NCBI RefSeq assembly: GCF_002105155.1
Contig: NW_019028981.1
Location: 434,001 to 498,000 of the forward strand
Direction: 5' to 3'
Length of the DNA stretch: 64,000 nt
DNA from: Lobosporangium transversale
Taxonomy: Eukaryota
A program made the position numbers and the translations under genes. This document shows positions 26,501 to 38,500 of the stretch, in pieces (the stretch's first letter is position 1; each line of letters opens with the position of its first letter). Below the pieces are notes generated by a model. It did no database searches. It was given only the letters and a program-made list of their open reading frames with translations, and was not told the DNA's origin.

Positions 26501-27730
26501 AGCTGACGGGACGGTCGTGTTGTTTGCAGTTGGTCAGGTCATATTTCTTAGGGGAAAGTTCCTTTTTCTGGGTAGGGAAAACAGGCCGATAGCGATTCGG
26601 CTTTGCGCGTTTAGGGATATAGAATCTAATTAGGAACAACAATGTCAAGGGTTAGATGACTTTTTTTTTTGTATATGCTTTGGAAAATGTTCATTTGAAG
26701 GAGCTTACCTGGGTTGAGGTTGATTATTTTTATTCTGGTACCTAGCAGATATCGCAGTCCTCATTCTATCATGGTAATGAAGGAATCTTTCAGCGGTTGG
26801 TTGCTGCGAGGCCTGGGTTTGGATCCCACCAAAGAAAACATTAATTGAATGGTCAAACTGGCCTTCTGCAGGAGTTCGACGGCTACGGGCATGGACCTCA
26901 CGAACATATGATACCGTCAACTTTTCGGCATCAGTGTCAGTGAGCGCGGAGATAATCTCAGCATTTGTAGCAAGACCAAAGGTTGGGATATTTGGGGTGT
27001 AATCGTTATCGGATATAATGCCATAGACCAGGAGTTGACTGTTCCTTGAAAACCCAAGGGCTTGCAGGACCTCTTGTTTCTCATAGAGTGCAAACATGTG
27101 ATGGCGACGAGGGATTGGACGAAGAACTCTTTTTATAGAAGGATAGATGAGAAGGTCAGAGTCCCCAGACACAGCGATACTGGTTGGTGTACATTTGGCG
27201 GCAATACACACATCAGCCTCATTTCTACAATGGCAAATCACAAAGTTATTGTATCGACCGAATGGCGCCGCGAGCTCCCTCTTCTCGTTATGACTGAATG
27301 TGAAGAGCTGTCGAAGATTCTTTTTAATGGCAATCATATGGCTTCGAGATTCCCATTTGCCTTCATTGGACTTGGTTTCCATGTTGGCTATGAGCGTATC
27401 GAGTTTTGCATCCGCTGCTGTACGCTTAGCATCTCGGTCCCTATAGGCACGCGTTTTTTCTTCGCAGCGAGGCCCATCAATGTGTATCGTCACTGTGGCA
27501 AGAGGACCAAAGATCTTTCGAATGATACTAGCCATAGCATGGCCGCAGGCAGTGAAAGAACTCTGCCAGCTGAATCTCCTTAGGATGATATTATGTATAT
27601 CGCTGTGGAAAGTGCCAAGCAGATCCAGCTCAAAAGATGAATGGGGTTCAGCAGCAAGCTCATGTACATCAATCTCCTTTGGTGGCAGGTCTCTCCTTGA
27701 AAGGTATGAATAGAGTCCTTTAATACCCAT
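23527..27730 (-). CDS. XPG/FEN1-like PIN 5' nuclease fused to a Fanzor1 (TnpB-like) RuvC RNA-guided nuclease
   Basis: Exons 27730-26709, 26625-25794, 25707-24286 and 24206-23853 (to 23527 with a 1-nt frameshift near 23992-23995); all GT-AG junctions are in frame. PIN motifs: MGIKGL, HIDG, EADVCIA, SGDSDLL, NDYTPNIPTFGLAT. Fanzor motifs: DFPTSAFSP, FTNGLTL, GIDPG, EIESNIPS, IGLGSF, HEYYTSAKC, CRNC, DRD. Confidence 0.85.
23540..23960 (-). repeat. Three imperfect ~120-nt tandem coding repeats (Gly/Ser linker plus KRKFSDEGGGGVEGSRPPKG)
   Basis: Seen directly in ORF 23527..23988. Confidence 0.85.
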
Positions 27731-28141
27731 CTAGAGAAAGTATAGTGTAAAACAGTGCAAGCAATGTTGGTTTAAGCGGCTAAAGATTGAAGCTGAAGTT
27801 GTTAGAGTAGAGATAGTTTACCTTTAAGAAAGCAAAAAGTTATGATCTGTGAGGGGATGAGGGTGTAAGAGTACGGGTGAGAGCGCGAAAGCAATGTCGT
27901 TGTAAAATGAGAGAGAGAGAGAGAGAGAGGGAAAAAGAGAAGGAGGCAGGACGTATTTATAGGTGTATGAAAGAGAACGAAACAAAAGGCTGATGAATTT
28001 GGAACAACTCGAAACAATAAGTTTCTCAGCAACAAGTTTTAACTTTTTGGATTTCGAGTATTGTTTACAGCTCTTCTCCAATCATCTACATTTACCAAAT
28101 CAAGCCTTCGCCATGACAATCAACAAGAAATAAAAAAAACA

Positions 28142-28760
28142 GACTTCCTTACGTCCCCCCTCGGTATGTGTATCTGTCTGAACACGTCCTAACTGACATC
28201 CTCTCGACAATCCTTCCAAGGCTGCAGTGTTTGAATGTGTACAGGGAACAAAAGAGGTCTAGATACAGGCTCTCTTTGTGACATTGAAGGAGATCGCATG
28301 TTTCATGGCTATCAAGACAAGGTACCCCTACAGGCACAAGACAAAGGTATAACTCGGTTCAAACTCAAAGGAACGATTTTACCAATGGCCTTGTTCTGAA
28401 TCCACTTGCCTATGACACAGTCCAGACGAAGAGACAGCAGCAGTCTGACGTAGATGAAGAAGATCTCAGCCAGGAATTGAAACTTTCTCAAGGATTCCTT
28501 AACACGGCGTGTTTTAAAGGCAGCCGGTGAAGGCCTGATAGATGAAGACTACGCAAACATAAGCTGGAAGAGGGGCCCCAAACTTCTTGAAAACGTTGGA
28601 CTCATATTCCATGAGCCAGGGCGATGCTCATTTGCAAATACCACAACTACCGTCTAATGCGATCCTGGTATTGTTAATGCCCTTACGTTTTCTTCGCTAG
28701 ACCGTCACAACCCTGACCTGCGTCAAACGGTGAAGGTGAGAAGTAGGCTCGTCAACAGCC
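28142..28760 (+). pseudogene. Degraded, divergent Fanzor paralog, head-to-head with the intact gene
   Basis: Frameshifted translations DFLTS/PRYVYLSEHVLTDIL, RFKLKGTI/FTNGLVLNPLAYDT and NISWKRGPKLLENVGLIF..TTV*CDPGIVNALTFSSLDRHNPDLRQTVKV are collinear with DFPTS..PRSLCLTEACLLDIL, FFTNGLTLTLLAYDT and INWKQRSRLLENVEV..IIGIDPGERYSMTIAKLDPRKPNEREILRI. Confidence 0.8.
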
Positions 28761-29054
28761 TGTGTGCCTTATATGCGTTGCACCAATGCTCACTGATAGG
28801 TTGGGAGGAAAGACACCAAGCCGGCAACAACAATAGGATATGATCAGTTGCATATTTCACAGTACACGTGTTACATGAAAATTTATAATACAGACATACT
28901 AACAGCTCTATGCCCCATGGTGCCCGAGACAAACTTGCAGTTTTATTTTGATACAAATTTGGATAAATGCCCCATGGATGTGATGTGTGAACCCACATCC
29001 TATTCTCACTTCTGCTCCCTGGTTACTATTTGTCTGTCAAAAATTTTTCATGAG

Positions 29055-29190
29055 CTACTACAAACATGACTAGGTCGGGAAAGGCCTTCGTCTTGAAAAA
29101 GTTGCAAGTATTAGCTTGACAGTGCTTTCTTGACTAATCTCTTTATTTCTATGCTTGGTCTAGATGGTGTTTTTTTATGGGGAGGACTAT
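29055..29190 (+). ncRNA. Candidate Fanzor omegaRNA scaffold B, with putative GC-AG intron 29104-29163
   Basis: Homologous to 23518-23344 (minus). Lies downstream of the decayed paralog on the same strand and ends in GGACTAT. Confidence 0.6.
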
Positions 29191-30007
29191 TTAGACAACA
29201 TATAGACCCCACATATCCTAATCATAATAAATTGGTTTGGTGGCATTGTTGTAAAAAATATCTTTGCTTAAGGGACAGAAAGATAGACACAATCAGGAAA
29301 AGGCAGGACAAAGAGTGTCAACAAGATTGACAAGAGAAAATAGAGTCAAATAACCTTGACTACAAACAGCGCCATAGAATGTCAAAAGAAAAGATGGGAG
29401 CTTTATAGGTGAGCTCACAAACTGAGTTACCGGAAGACAAATGCTTGTTGTGAAAAGGGGAAAAAGATAAATGGCAAGATGAACTGCGGGTGAAGAATAA
29501 GACATGTGGGGAAAACTGAAGACTTTATTAAGAAGGAAATTTCTTTGGCTTTTATACTCGGTAGCTTCTAGGTGAGGCGGACCCGCCTATGACTACAAAG
29601 GGCTTTGCGCAAAGATTCCTTTAAGCTGGTTCGACAGATTAGTGGATACAAAATAAACTGAAATTAATTTTAATGACCAGCCACACCACTTGCAATAACA
29701 AGCGAGTCAATTGGCTGCCAATACATTTAAGAGTATTCAAAAATATAAGGGATCGCGACCAAATGGAACGGGCTATACTGTAAAACTTTGTTAAGATACA
29801 AGGTCTAAAGTGCTGATAAGCTACAATAGAAGCATCCTTCTTACAGGATATTCCACGTGACTATCTGTCACAAGATTCATGACGTCTATGGGGCACGCTT
29901 CACTTTTTCATCCCTCAATCATACGAATCGTCCTCTTTCTCTTCACTTTTCATTAACCCCTAGCACTTTAATCACCCATACACAGTACATTCTTCACATT
30001 TATAGCC

Positions 30008-31207
30008 ATGTCTGCCCCTCTTGTCCCTACTGAGTACTGGTAATATTTATATTTTTCTCTTTTCATCAACCATACAATCAAGACTGATGGGCACTACTTG
30101 GGTCCTCGGCAAATACTCAGGGCAAGGTTGCCAAGCTGGAGACTAGAGTTGGTTCTCACACTCTTGACCAATACTTTTCTTTGATACCTTTAATAGCCCT
30201 GTCTACTCCCCCTTCTTTGGGGTTATGGGTGCCACCACCGCCATCGTCTTCTGCTGTAAGTTTTTAATATACCTCTATGGGTACAAAGGAGAAAGAAATA
30301 AGCAACTCTCGTTTGTCCTTTGAAATAATCAAACTCGCGCGCAAAAAAATTCCCGTATCTCCCCTCTGCATCTGTATCGCGTTTTGTCATAACTACTTAA
30401 CTGGATCAGAGTTTGATGGAACGAGTCATGACAGAGCTTGTCTATGCAGAAGGAATTTTTTTTTTAAATCCATCATACATTTTGGCATTCACGAAAAAAA
30501 AAAAAAAAAAAAAAAGCAATGCGAATGTCATGCGAGTATCGGGGGCATCTGTGATGATCAGACCTGGACGAGGAAAGATGTATAAGATATACACGCTTTG
30601 ATCACAGGACCCTCACAACTCGCTGTATTTGCAGGGAAAGCATTTTGAGAGCAAGAGAAAGGGGTAAAAGTATAGACCGCGAGGATCATACATCCCCATG
30701 GATTGAGATTTAGAAAAAGACACTAAAGTTGAAAAAGACTCTTTGTGTCGTTGTGCGAGGCACTTTTATTTAATGTATTGCTTATTGCTTCACCCCTCTT
30801 TTCCCCATATGATGCAACTAGCGAAAAAAAAAAAAAAAAAAAAAACGGTTATTTTATGAGATGTCCTGCTGACCAAATGATCGACTGACAAACTAACCCC
30901 TTGATCTTTTTATGTCACGCTTGACTATTTGTCTCACAGGCTTTGGTGCAGCCTATGGTACCGCCAAGTCTGGTGTTGGCCTTACCTCCATGGGTGTCCT
31001 TCGCCCTGATCTGATCATGAAGGGTGTTGTGCCCATTATTATGGCCGGTATTATCGGTATTTACGGACTAGTAGTGTCCGTACTTATCGGAAACGGATGT
31101 AAGTTATTCATTACATAGTTATCAATTTGAAACAAGACGTCCGTGGTCACTTTACTAGCAATTAGGATCAAGGAACTATAAACTAAACGTTTTATTTCTC
31201 TCTCTCT

Positions 31208-31238
<31 letters not shown>

Positions 31239-31622
31239 CTAACACGTTAATACACAATAGTCTCCCAACAAATGTCGTTGTATGCGGGATTCATTCAATT
31301 AGGCGCTGGTCTCAGTGTCGGTTTGGCTGGTATGGCTGCTGGTTTTGCTGTCGGAATTGTGGGTGATGCTGGTGTCCGTGCCTCTGCTCAGCAGCCTAGG
31401 CTCTTTACTGGAATGGTAAGAAGCATCAAGCTGACACTTATATTTTCAGACTGTTCCCTTTGATAGAAGGTGTATAGTGTACCATATATACTAATGTGTT
31501 ACTTCATTGCGTGTTCTTCTACAATCTAGATTCTCGTTCTCATTTTCGCTGAAGTTTTGGCTTTGTATGGTCTTATTGTTGCCTTGATTCTCAACACCAA
31601 GGCTTCAGACGCCAAGTGCTAG
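30008..31622 (+). CDS. VMA3: V-ATPase 16-kDa proteolipid subunit c
   Basis: Five exons: [67 protein letters not shown]. Confidence 0.95.
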
Positions 31623-32182
31623 ATTATTTATCATCGCTTATTTTTTCTATCAGATTACACCTTTCATTCTTCCGTGCGTGATTCGCTCGTTCGCCATCAC
31701 CAGTCATCCTTTGTCAATAAATTTGCCCGTTTGTTCCCTCACAAAGTTGCATGGAGTGCATATGAGTCCAGTAAAGGATAGTTCTTTTATGTGACGAGCT
31801 TAAGAGGCTACATGGGCTTCTTTGCTGATTTTCCTATGGTAGCAGATATTTGTCTGCTAAACTAGAGACCAGCTACTCTCTTTAAATTGATGATGGCATA
31901 TTTCAAATAATTAAACTATGAGACAATATGGATCTGGAGATCAGAAATCGAAGTGATCCTCTTGTTCCTGAATCCTTGGCCTGATTTGTTGACAGCCCGA
32001 AAAAGGAAAGAAACGTGGCAGCACCGCCACGACCCTTGAAGCTCGTGTTTGCTCATTCTTTTAAGATGAATCTTTCTCTTCAATCAAAAGCATACGGCAG
32101 TGGAATCCAGTAGGAACACTCGGATAGCGTGGAGGAAAGAAAGGAACAGGAGAGTTCATACAATTGCAATATAGCAATTCCG

Positions 32183-32255
32183 GGAAGCTTGCATTCTATA
32201 CGTGCAAGCCAAAATTTGTTGCCTTTTACGGGCAACGACATTTTGCTTCTCAGGC
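32183..32255. repeat. 73-bp sequence, perfect inverted copy of 35464-35536
   Basis: GGAAGCTTGCATTC...CTTCTCAGGC is the reverse complement of GCCTGAGAAG...GCAAGCTTCC. Confidence 0.9.
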
Positions 32256-32274
32256 TGGAGCAAACTCGGACTAA

Positions 32275-32639
32275 GGAAAAATGCACCCCCCCGGCTGAGA
32301 ATTCCTAAAACCCCCCCCGTCAACATACCTTTATTCGGAATTCTTATCCCCCGGCAACCACGTAATCCTTAACCCCCCTGTCAACATTCTAGAGCTATTT
32401 TTTGAAATTGAGAACCGTTTTTCATTCCTAATCAAGAGCATAAAGTTGGACCTGAGTTTATGCAAGCATCTTTGTGGCTTGTTGACAGTAAAACACGTCA
32501 AAAAAAAAAGAGCCCAACTGTACCCTCACACTGTAAGTGTAAAAGGCCCCATTGTCCCAATCTGTATTTAAGACAATAAATGTCATTGATTGCGAAGATA
32601 ATTTGGATTGTGCGACATGTGGTGTTATATAGTGTAAAG

Positions 32640-32672
<33 letters not shown>

Positions 32673-33074
32673 CGATGACTATATCGGGCTTGTGTGGTGC
32701 ATGTAAAGTTGCTGAAGGTTCTGAGCCTAGAGATAAATAAAATACTAGGGAGGGAGCCATTCATCAAGGAACATGTGTCTGTCTAGCTGATTTTTCTACT
32801 GTCAAGTTTTTGATGATAAGATAAAAAGTAAGAGGGCTTTAATAGCGTTGAGTTTAATAGAAAGACAGATGCAACCAAAAGCAGAAAATAAGACCCAAAA
32901 AACAGCCTCAAAATGTTGACGGGGGGTTAAGATTTGCCTTTCGAGAATCTTTACGGGGGGTGCTTCGGAATTCTGACGGGGGGACGGGGGTAAGAATTCC
33001 GAGTTGACGGGGGGGTTTTGGGAATTCTCAGCCGGGGGTCAATTTTTTATTCTGACGGGGGGATGCATTTTTCC
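32275..33074. mobile_element. MITE-like non-autonomous element (800 bp) with TIRs and subterminal GACGGGGGG repeats
   Basis: Termini GGAAAAATGCA.. / ..TGCATTTTTCC. Internal inverted blocks (CCCCCGGCTGAGAATTCC / GGAATTCTCAGCCGGGGG; CCCCCCCGTCAAC / GTTGACGGGGGGG). No ORF and no clear TSD. Confidence 0.8.
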
Positions 33075-33293
33075 ATTATTCATAAAATTATCCTATAAGT
33101 TATCCATTTTTTCAAACATGATAACCAAATACCATGTCCTTTTCATGTCCCACAAAATTCATGGTTAATTTCGCATGACCACTTAGACAAAATTTGCAAA
33201 CACTTGGATAAATTTCTCAGCCCTTTTCGGTCAGCTTTTTAACTTACCTTTGGATAATTTTTTTTATTCATTGGAACAATTTTAATAAAACAA

Positions 33294-35190
33294 TTAAAAA
33301 CGCTGTAGCACCGCCTTTTTCATCTGATCTGAATACCTATAGTTAATTCCGCAATGCAGGTGTAGCAGTTCATAAGCATACTTTGCTGCTAGGCTGCCTT
33401 GAAGCATTACTGTGATCCATTGCAAGTCTTCTTCAATGCGTCCTACATCACCAGCCCTAATAGCATTTGCTAGCTCCAGGTACCACATCATGTCTCTGAG
33501 AAAGAGAGAGGCGTTCCTTGTGGCCACATTGCACTCTTTGGTAAATCCAGATCCAGATATTTGGAGATAATGAGGGATACTTTCTCGCCGACCAGACGGG
33601 ATAGCTCTTCCTTAGTACAAGCCTTACCAAGCGTTGCCAAATCCCCAGTCACCAGCTCCAGTTGCCATAATCGGAGGACCATTGCATCAAATGTATGGTG
33701 CAGCAGCTCGTCGACAGCATGGAAGTCTATTTTTTTAATGTTGACTCTCTTTCTTCCTAGCAATGCTGCATTGAACGCTAGCGGCCCAGCGGTGTCTTTA
33801 TCGCCGTAATGATTGTTGAGGATTGTTCCTGCGAGCGATATTTGTAGGTGGAACAGTTGTGGCACCGGTGTTACCCATAGTAGCTTATTGTAGTTGCTTG
33901 TGTCGTCCCGCCGTAACTTCTTTGCAGTCCTGATCTGGACAGTGGCGAGGAGGTCCCCAGCCGTGATGATTTGCTTGTGTTTGAACCAATCTTGATTTAA
34001 TTAGAGATGGCGAACGATCTCCTCTAGGACTTGCATATTTCCATCCACGCTTGACTGGTTGATGGGCATCGATGGTAGTAGATATCTTCGTGTCTTTATT
34101 AGAGGAAGTAGGTCTTTCTCTAGCGCAGGAAGCACACAACCTTCAAAGGTCTGGACACGGCAATGCAAAACCTACAGCAGCAATATGAACATCAATTTTG
34201 ATCCATTTTTCCAGCCGTAACTGTTTTCAAAAACCCTGCATGCAGCAAATTCACATCACAATACCTCGGAGAGAATATTTGATAAACAAAGTCGAGGTGC
34301 TTTGCATTTTCGGTATCAGACATAAGGTCATCCGCTTTGAGTTTCCCGTAAGTCTCCGCATAGGTCCGCTGATTCTGGTTTCCTGGATCTTCGCCCACCA
34401 CCATCGTCGCAGTCGTGCCACTCTCAAAGCTGTCAACATTATTCGACCGCTGATCGCACTTCTGAGTGGCGAAATTGATGTTGTCATAAACCAGGAAACA
34501 GAATTCCATCCCTATATTCCTCCGTACTTGTCCTGCAGAATCCTTTCCCAGTGATTCCAATGCTCGATCTATAGTCCATGGAGACACCGATAAACCAGCT
34601 AGGCAAAGGACCTCAATGACTTTTCTTGGAGCTCCATGGCTGAATAAGAAGAGACCGAAGGCAATCTGCAGTTTGTTGCAGCTACGGTTACGAAGGTTAA
34701 GGATTATGCTACCTATGGTTGGAATAATGACTGTCAGATCACGCCCAGTATGTTGGTTTAACTGTGTTATGGATCTCAGGAAGGAGATGAAGTATAGAGT
34801 CTTTTTATACAGGCACATTGAGATGTTTTCCAGTGAAAAATCTTCTAGCTGTTGACGGGTAAGCTTCGTAGATGGAGTTTTGAAGCGATTGTCTATTCAG
34901 CACTATTAATTTCTTGGCAAACCTGCTTTGTTACCACGTCCAAGGCTGCCTCAAAGAAAGATGCTCTTGAGAATTTCGCCATTTCCTTGGCATCCCAAAC
35001 TCTAATAAGATACGCGGGACCTTTTTTTGCGTAAAATCGGGAAACCTTTTCTGAGATCAATTCAATCTTTGAAGTAAGCACTGAGCAAAGAAATAGAACA
35101 GTGACCATTGAAGCGCCTCAAGTATAGCCAGGACCTTCTGTATTTTCGTCCCCGGCATAGCAACAAGCTGCGCCATCAGAAGGTTCATGT
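33294..35190 (-). pseudogene. DUF6589-type putative transposase pseudogene
   Basis: Fragmented ORFs: RNRSCNKLQIAFGLFLFSHGAPRKVIEVL, LVYDNINF, MPQLFHLQ..HYG, FLRDMMWYLELANAIRAGDVGRI..KYAYELL. Several frameshifts. Confidence 0.7.
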
Positions 35191-35463
35191 TCATGATGAT
35201 AGTATGTACTGAAGGTTATTTTATTTGACAGTTAGTTTTATTTGACAGTTAGATGGTCTACTCTACAAGATAATGAGACATGACGCGTGTGAAAGCAAGT
35301 ATATGGATGACAAGCCTACAAAAGGTGTAAATAGGTGGTATTGACAGAAAGAGTTGTCTTATAGCGCGGTGAGGGTTGATGAATAGTTGGAGCGATGAAT
35401 GGGCCGATATTCAGGAACAAAAAAAAAAACAAAAATCACATGATCGACAGAGCATAGTAGAAG

Positions 35464-35536
35464 GCCTGAGAAGCAAAATGTCGTTGCCCGTAAAAGGCAA
35501 CAAATTTTGGCTTGCACGTATAGAATGCAAGCTTCC
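35464..35536. repeat. 73-bp double-hairpin sequence, inverted copy of 32183-32255
   Basis: Internal stems GTTGCC/GGCAAC and GCTTGCA/TGCAAGC. Ends 35 bp upstream of the IleRS ATG. Confidence 0.9.
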
Positions 35537-35571
35537 TTCTCTGACTGGATTCGAGCCTACATTCACTCACA

Positions 35572-38500
35572 ATGATCAAGGCCATTTCAACTAATAGAAC
35601 CTTTGGCAACTTTTGCTCCAGGGGCAACCTTTCAACGCGTAATGTAGACACGCGATCAAGTTTGGTGTTGATCAATACTTCTAATAACATCTCTCCATAC
35701 ACCCAAACGACAGGATGCAGAGCTAGTTTGTTTCGTTTCATGGCTACATCATCAAAGACAGCACCTAATGCAGCTACATCGGCTACAGGATCAGCGCCCG
35801 CAGTAGCCAGGCAAGCAGCCAAGGATAGGCCCGAATCAAGGTTTTCGTCAACCTTATTACTTCCAAAAACCGCATTTCCTCTCCGATACGAGAATGTGAC
35901 ACGGGAGGCAGGATTTCGTCAGCGATGCACTACAGATCTGTACCCGTGGCAGGTAATTGTGCAGGGGTTTTGTTCGAAATCCGAGCAAATTCGGATTTTA
36001 CTGATAAATGAAAGGAAGGAGCGCATAGTCGGTTAACTATCTGGGTTCAACATAATTCTTTTTTATACCAGCGTGAGAACAATCCTGGAGATCTCTTTGT
36101 CCTACATGATGGACCACCATATGCGAACGGACATCTCCACCTGGGACATGCACTCAACAAGCTAATCAAGGATTTCGTTAACCGCTATCGAGTCATGCGA
36201 GGGTTCAAAGTAGAGTAGGTTCGGCCTTCTCATTCGTTAAATCTGTCGTTACGATAGAGAAAGTTTGCTGTTTTCAAGTTATAGCCATCTTTTTTTATGA
36301 TGGATGGTACTTTACCCCCGTCCGGGGACTGGCTCTAATAGATGACATGAGATTTTTTATTTAGTTATCGCCCAGGATGGGATTGTCATGGTTTGCCGAT
36401 CGAATTGAAAGCCCTGGCAGAGCTCAAGTTGAAGGATAAATCCCTTCTCTCGCCAATGGATATCAGAACAGTAGCTCAGACATCTGCCCGTGCAGCGATC
36501 GATGTTCAGAAGCGCGAGTTCCTGTCGTATGGTATCATGGGGGATTTTGATAATGGATATCTGACAATGGATAAAGATTTCGAGACTCGACAACTGAAAG
36601 TATTTCATGAGATGATGCGGAAAGGATTGATTTACCGTGCCAACAAGCCCGTCTACTGGTCTCCTTCATCCCAAACTGCCCTTGCAGAATCAGAACTTGA
36701 GTATAAAGATGATCACAAGAGTCGTTCTGCGTGGGTTAGCTTCGAGATAAATCAACCCTGTAATTTTTATTATTATTACTATTATTACTATTACTATTAT
36801 TATTTTGATTCATTTTCTTGCAGGCTCTGATAGTATAGCAAAGAATTTGCAGTAGCTAAATACTTTATATTTATTTATCTGAAACGAATTATAGCCAAGA
36901 AGTTGTCTGAGGCTCTGCCCAAGGATGTCTCCTTGCAGGCAGTTGTCTGGACAACTACTCCATGGACCTTGCCTGCCAACCGATGTGTAGCAGTTCACCC
37001 AAAACTCAGCTACACTTTGTTCCGTGCCAGCAACTTCTCGAGCCCAAACACTGTCTATCTCGCTGCAACGGATCGCATGGAGGAAATGAAGAAGCGATTT
37101 AACCCATCAACGACAGGAAGTGCTGGAGCTTCTGAAGTGAGGCCAGAAGTGACCTTGGAGCCTATTGGGGAGATTTTAGGCCAAGATCTTGTCCGTACCA
37201 CATACAACCACCCATTGACAGCTGCAACGCATCCATTCATTACTGCCGACTATGTTACCGCTGATTCGGGATCAGGTCTGGTTCACACAGCCCCTGGCCA
37301 TGGAATGGAAGATTATAAAGCTTGTTTATCCTTGAATATTGAAGCATTTTGTCCTGTGGACAATATCGGGAAGTTCACAGCGGAGGCAGGCCCTGAGTTA
37401 GAAGGTCTGCAAGTCCAGACGGATGGAACAGCCAAAGTGATTGAAATGCTTACAGCCAAAGGTAGCTTGATTCAGGAGCAATTGTACGTTCATAAATACC
37501 CTTACGATTGGCGTACAAAAAAACCAGTGATCCTTAGAGCAACTTCTCAGTGGTTCGCCAACGTTGGGTCCATCAAAGAAGACGCCCTCAAGGCGATTGA
37601 AACGGTCAAAATTATCCCAGAGCCGTCACGCCGTCGTCTGGAAGGATTTGTACAATCAAGGACAGAGTGGTGTATTTCTCGTCAGCGATCCTGGGGTGTT
37701 CCCATCCCAGTATTGTATGAAGTTGATACAGATGAGCCGCTTTTAACCGATGCCTCCGTACAACATATTGTTGATATTGTGAAGGAACATGGAACAGACG
37801 CTTGGTGGACCATGTCGACAGAAGAGCTACTCGCACCAGAGTATAGGAACAATGGGAAGACGTATCGCCGCGGCTATGATACTATGGATGTTTGGTTCGA
37901 TAGCGGTACGAGCTGGACTATGATTGAGGAAAAGATGTCTCGTCCTCATCTGCCATATGTAGCAGATGTTTATGCAGAGGGTTCTGATCAGCATCGCGGT
38001 TGGTTCCAGTCATCATTATTGACATCAGTGGCCCTAACGGGCAAAGCCCCTTATGGAACATTGATTACACATGGATTCTTGTTGGATGCTAAAGGTTTCA
38101 AGCAGAGCAAGTCCCTTGGAAACACAGTTGACCCGGCAGTGGTTATCCATGGTGGCAAGAATTTACAGAAGGATCCCGCATATGGAACAGATGTGCTCCG
38201 TCTCTGGGCAGCATCATCAGAGTACACAAAGGATATTGCGATTGGAAAAACGATTTTAACACAGGTCGTAGAGAGTATTCGTAAATTCAGAAACACTGCA
38301 CGATTCATGTTAGGTAACTTGAATGGCTTCAAGGAGGATCTGCAGGTACCTTATGAGAGACTTTCAAGGCTAGACCAATTTATGTTGTCCGAGGTTTATC
38401 AGTTTTCTAAGAACGTGAATGCCGCTTACGACGAGTACATGTTCAATAAGGGTAAGAACTATGCTGCGTTAGAATCATAATGGAATCTGATACTGTGTTA

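Noticed and set aside
29133..29142. 10-nt match (ACTAATCTCT) between putative guide A and the branch-point region of copy B
   Set aside because: Too short and AT-rich; it includes the common CTAAT motif and the following bases mismatch.
29560..29645. Hairpins GGCGGACCCGCC and CTTTGCGCAAAG plus GGTTCGA, tRNA-like
   Set aside because: Cannot be folded into a cloverleaf, and there is no second copy to support it.
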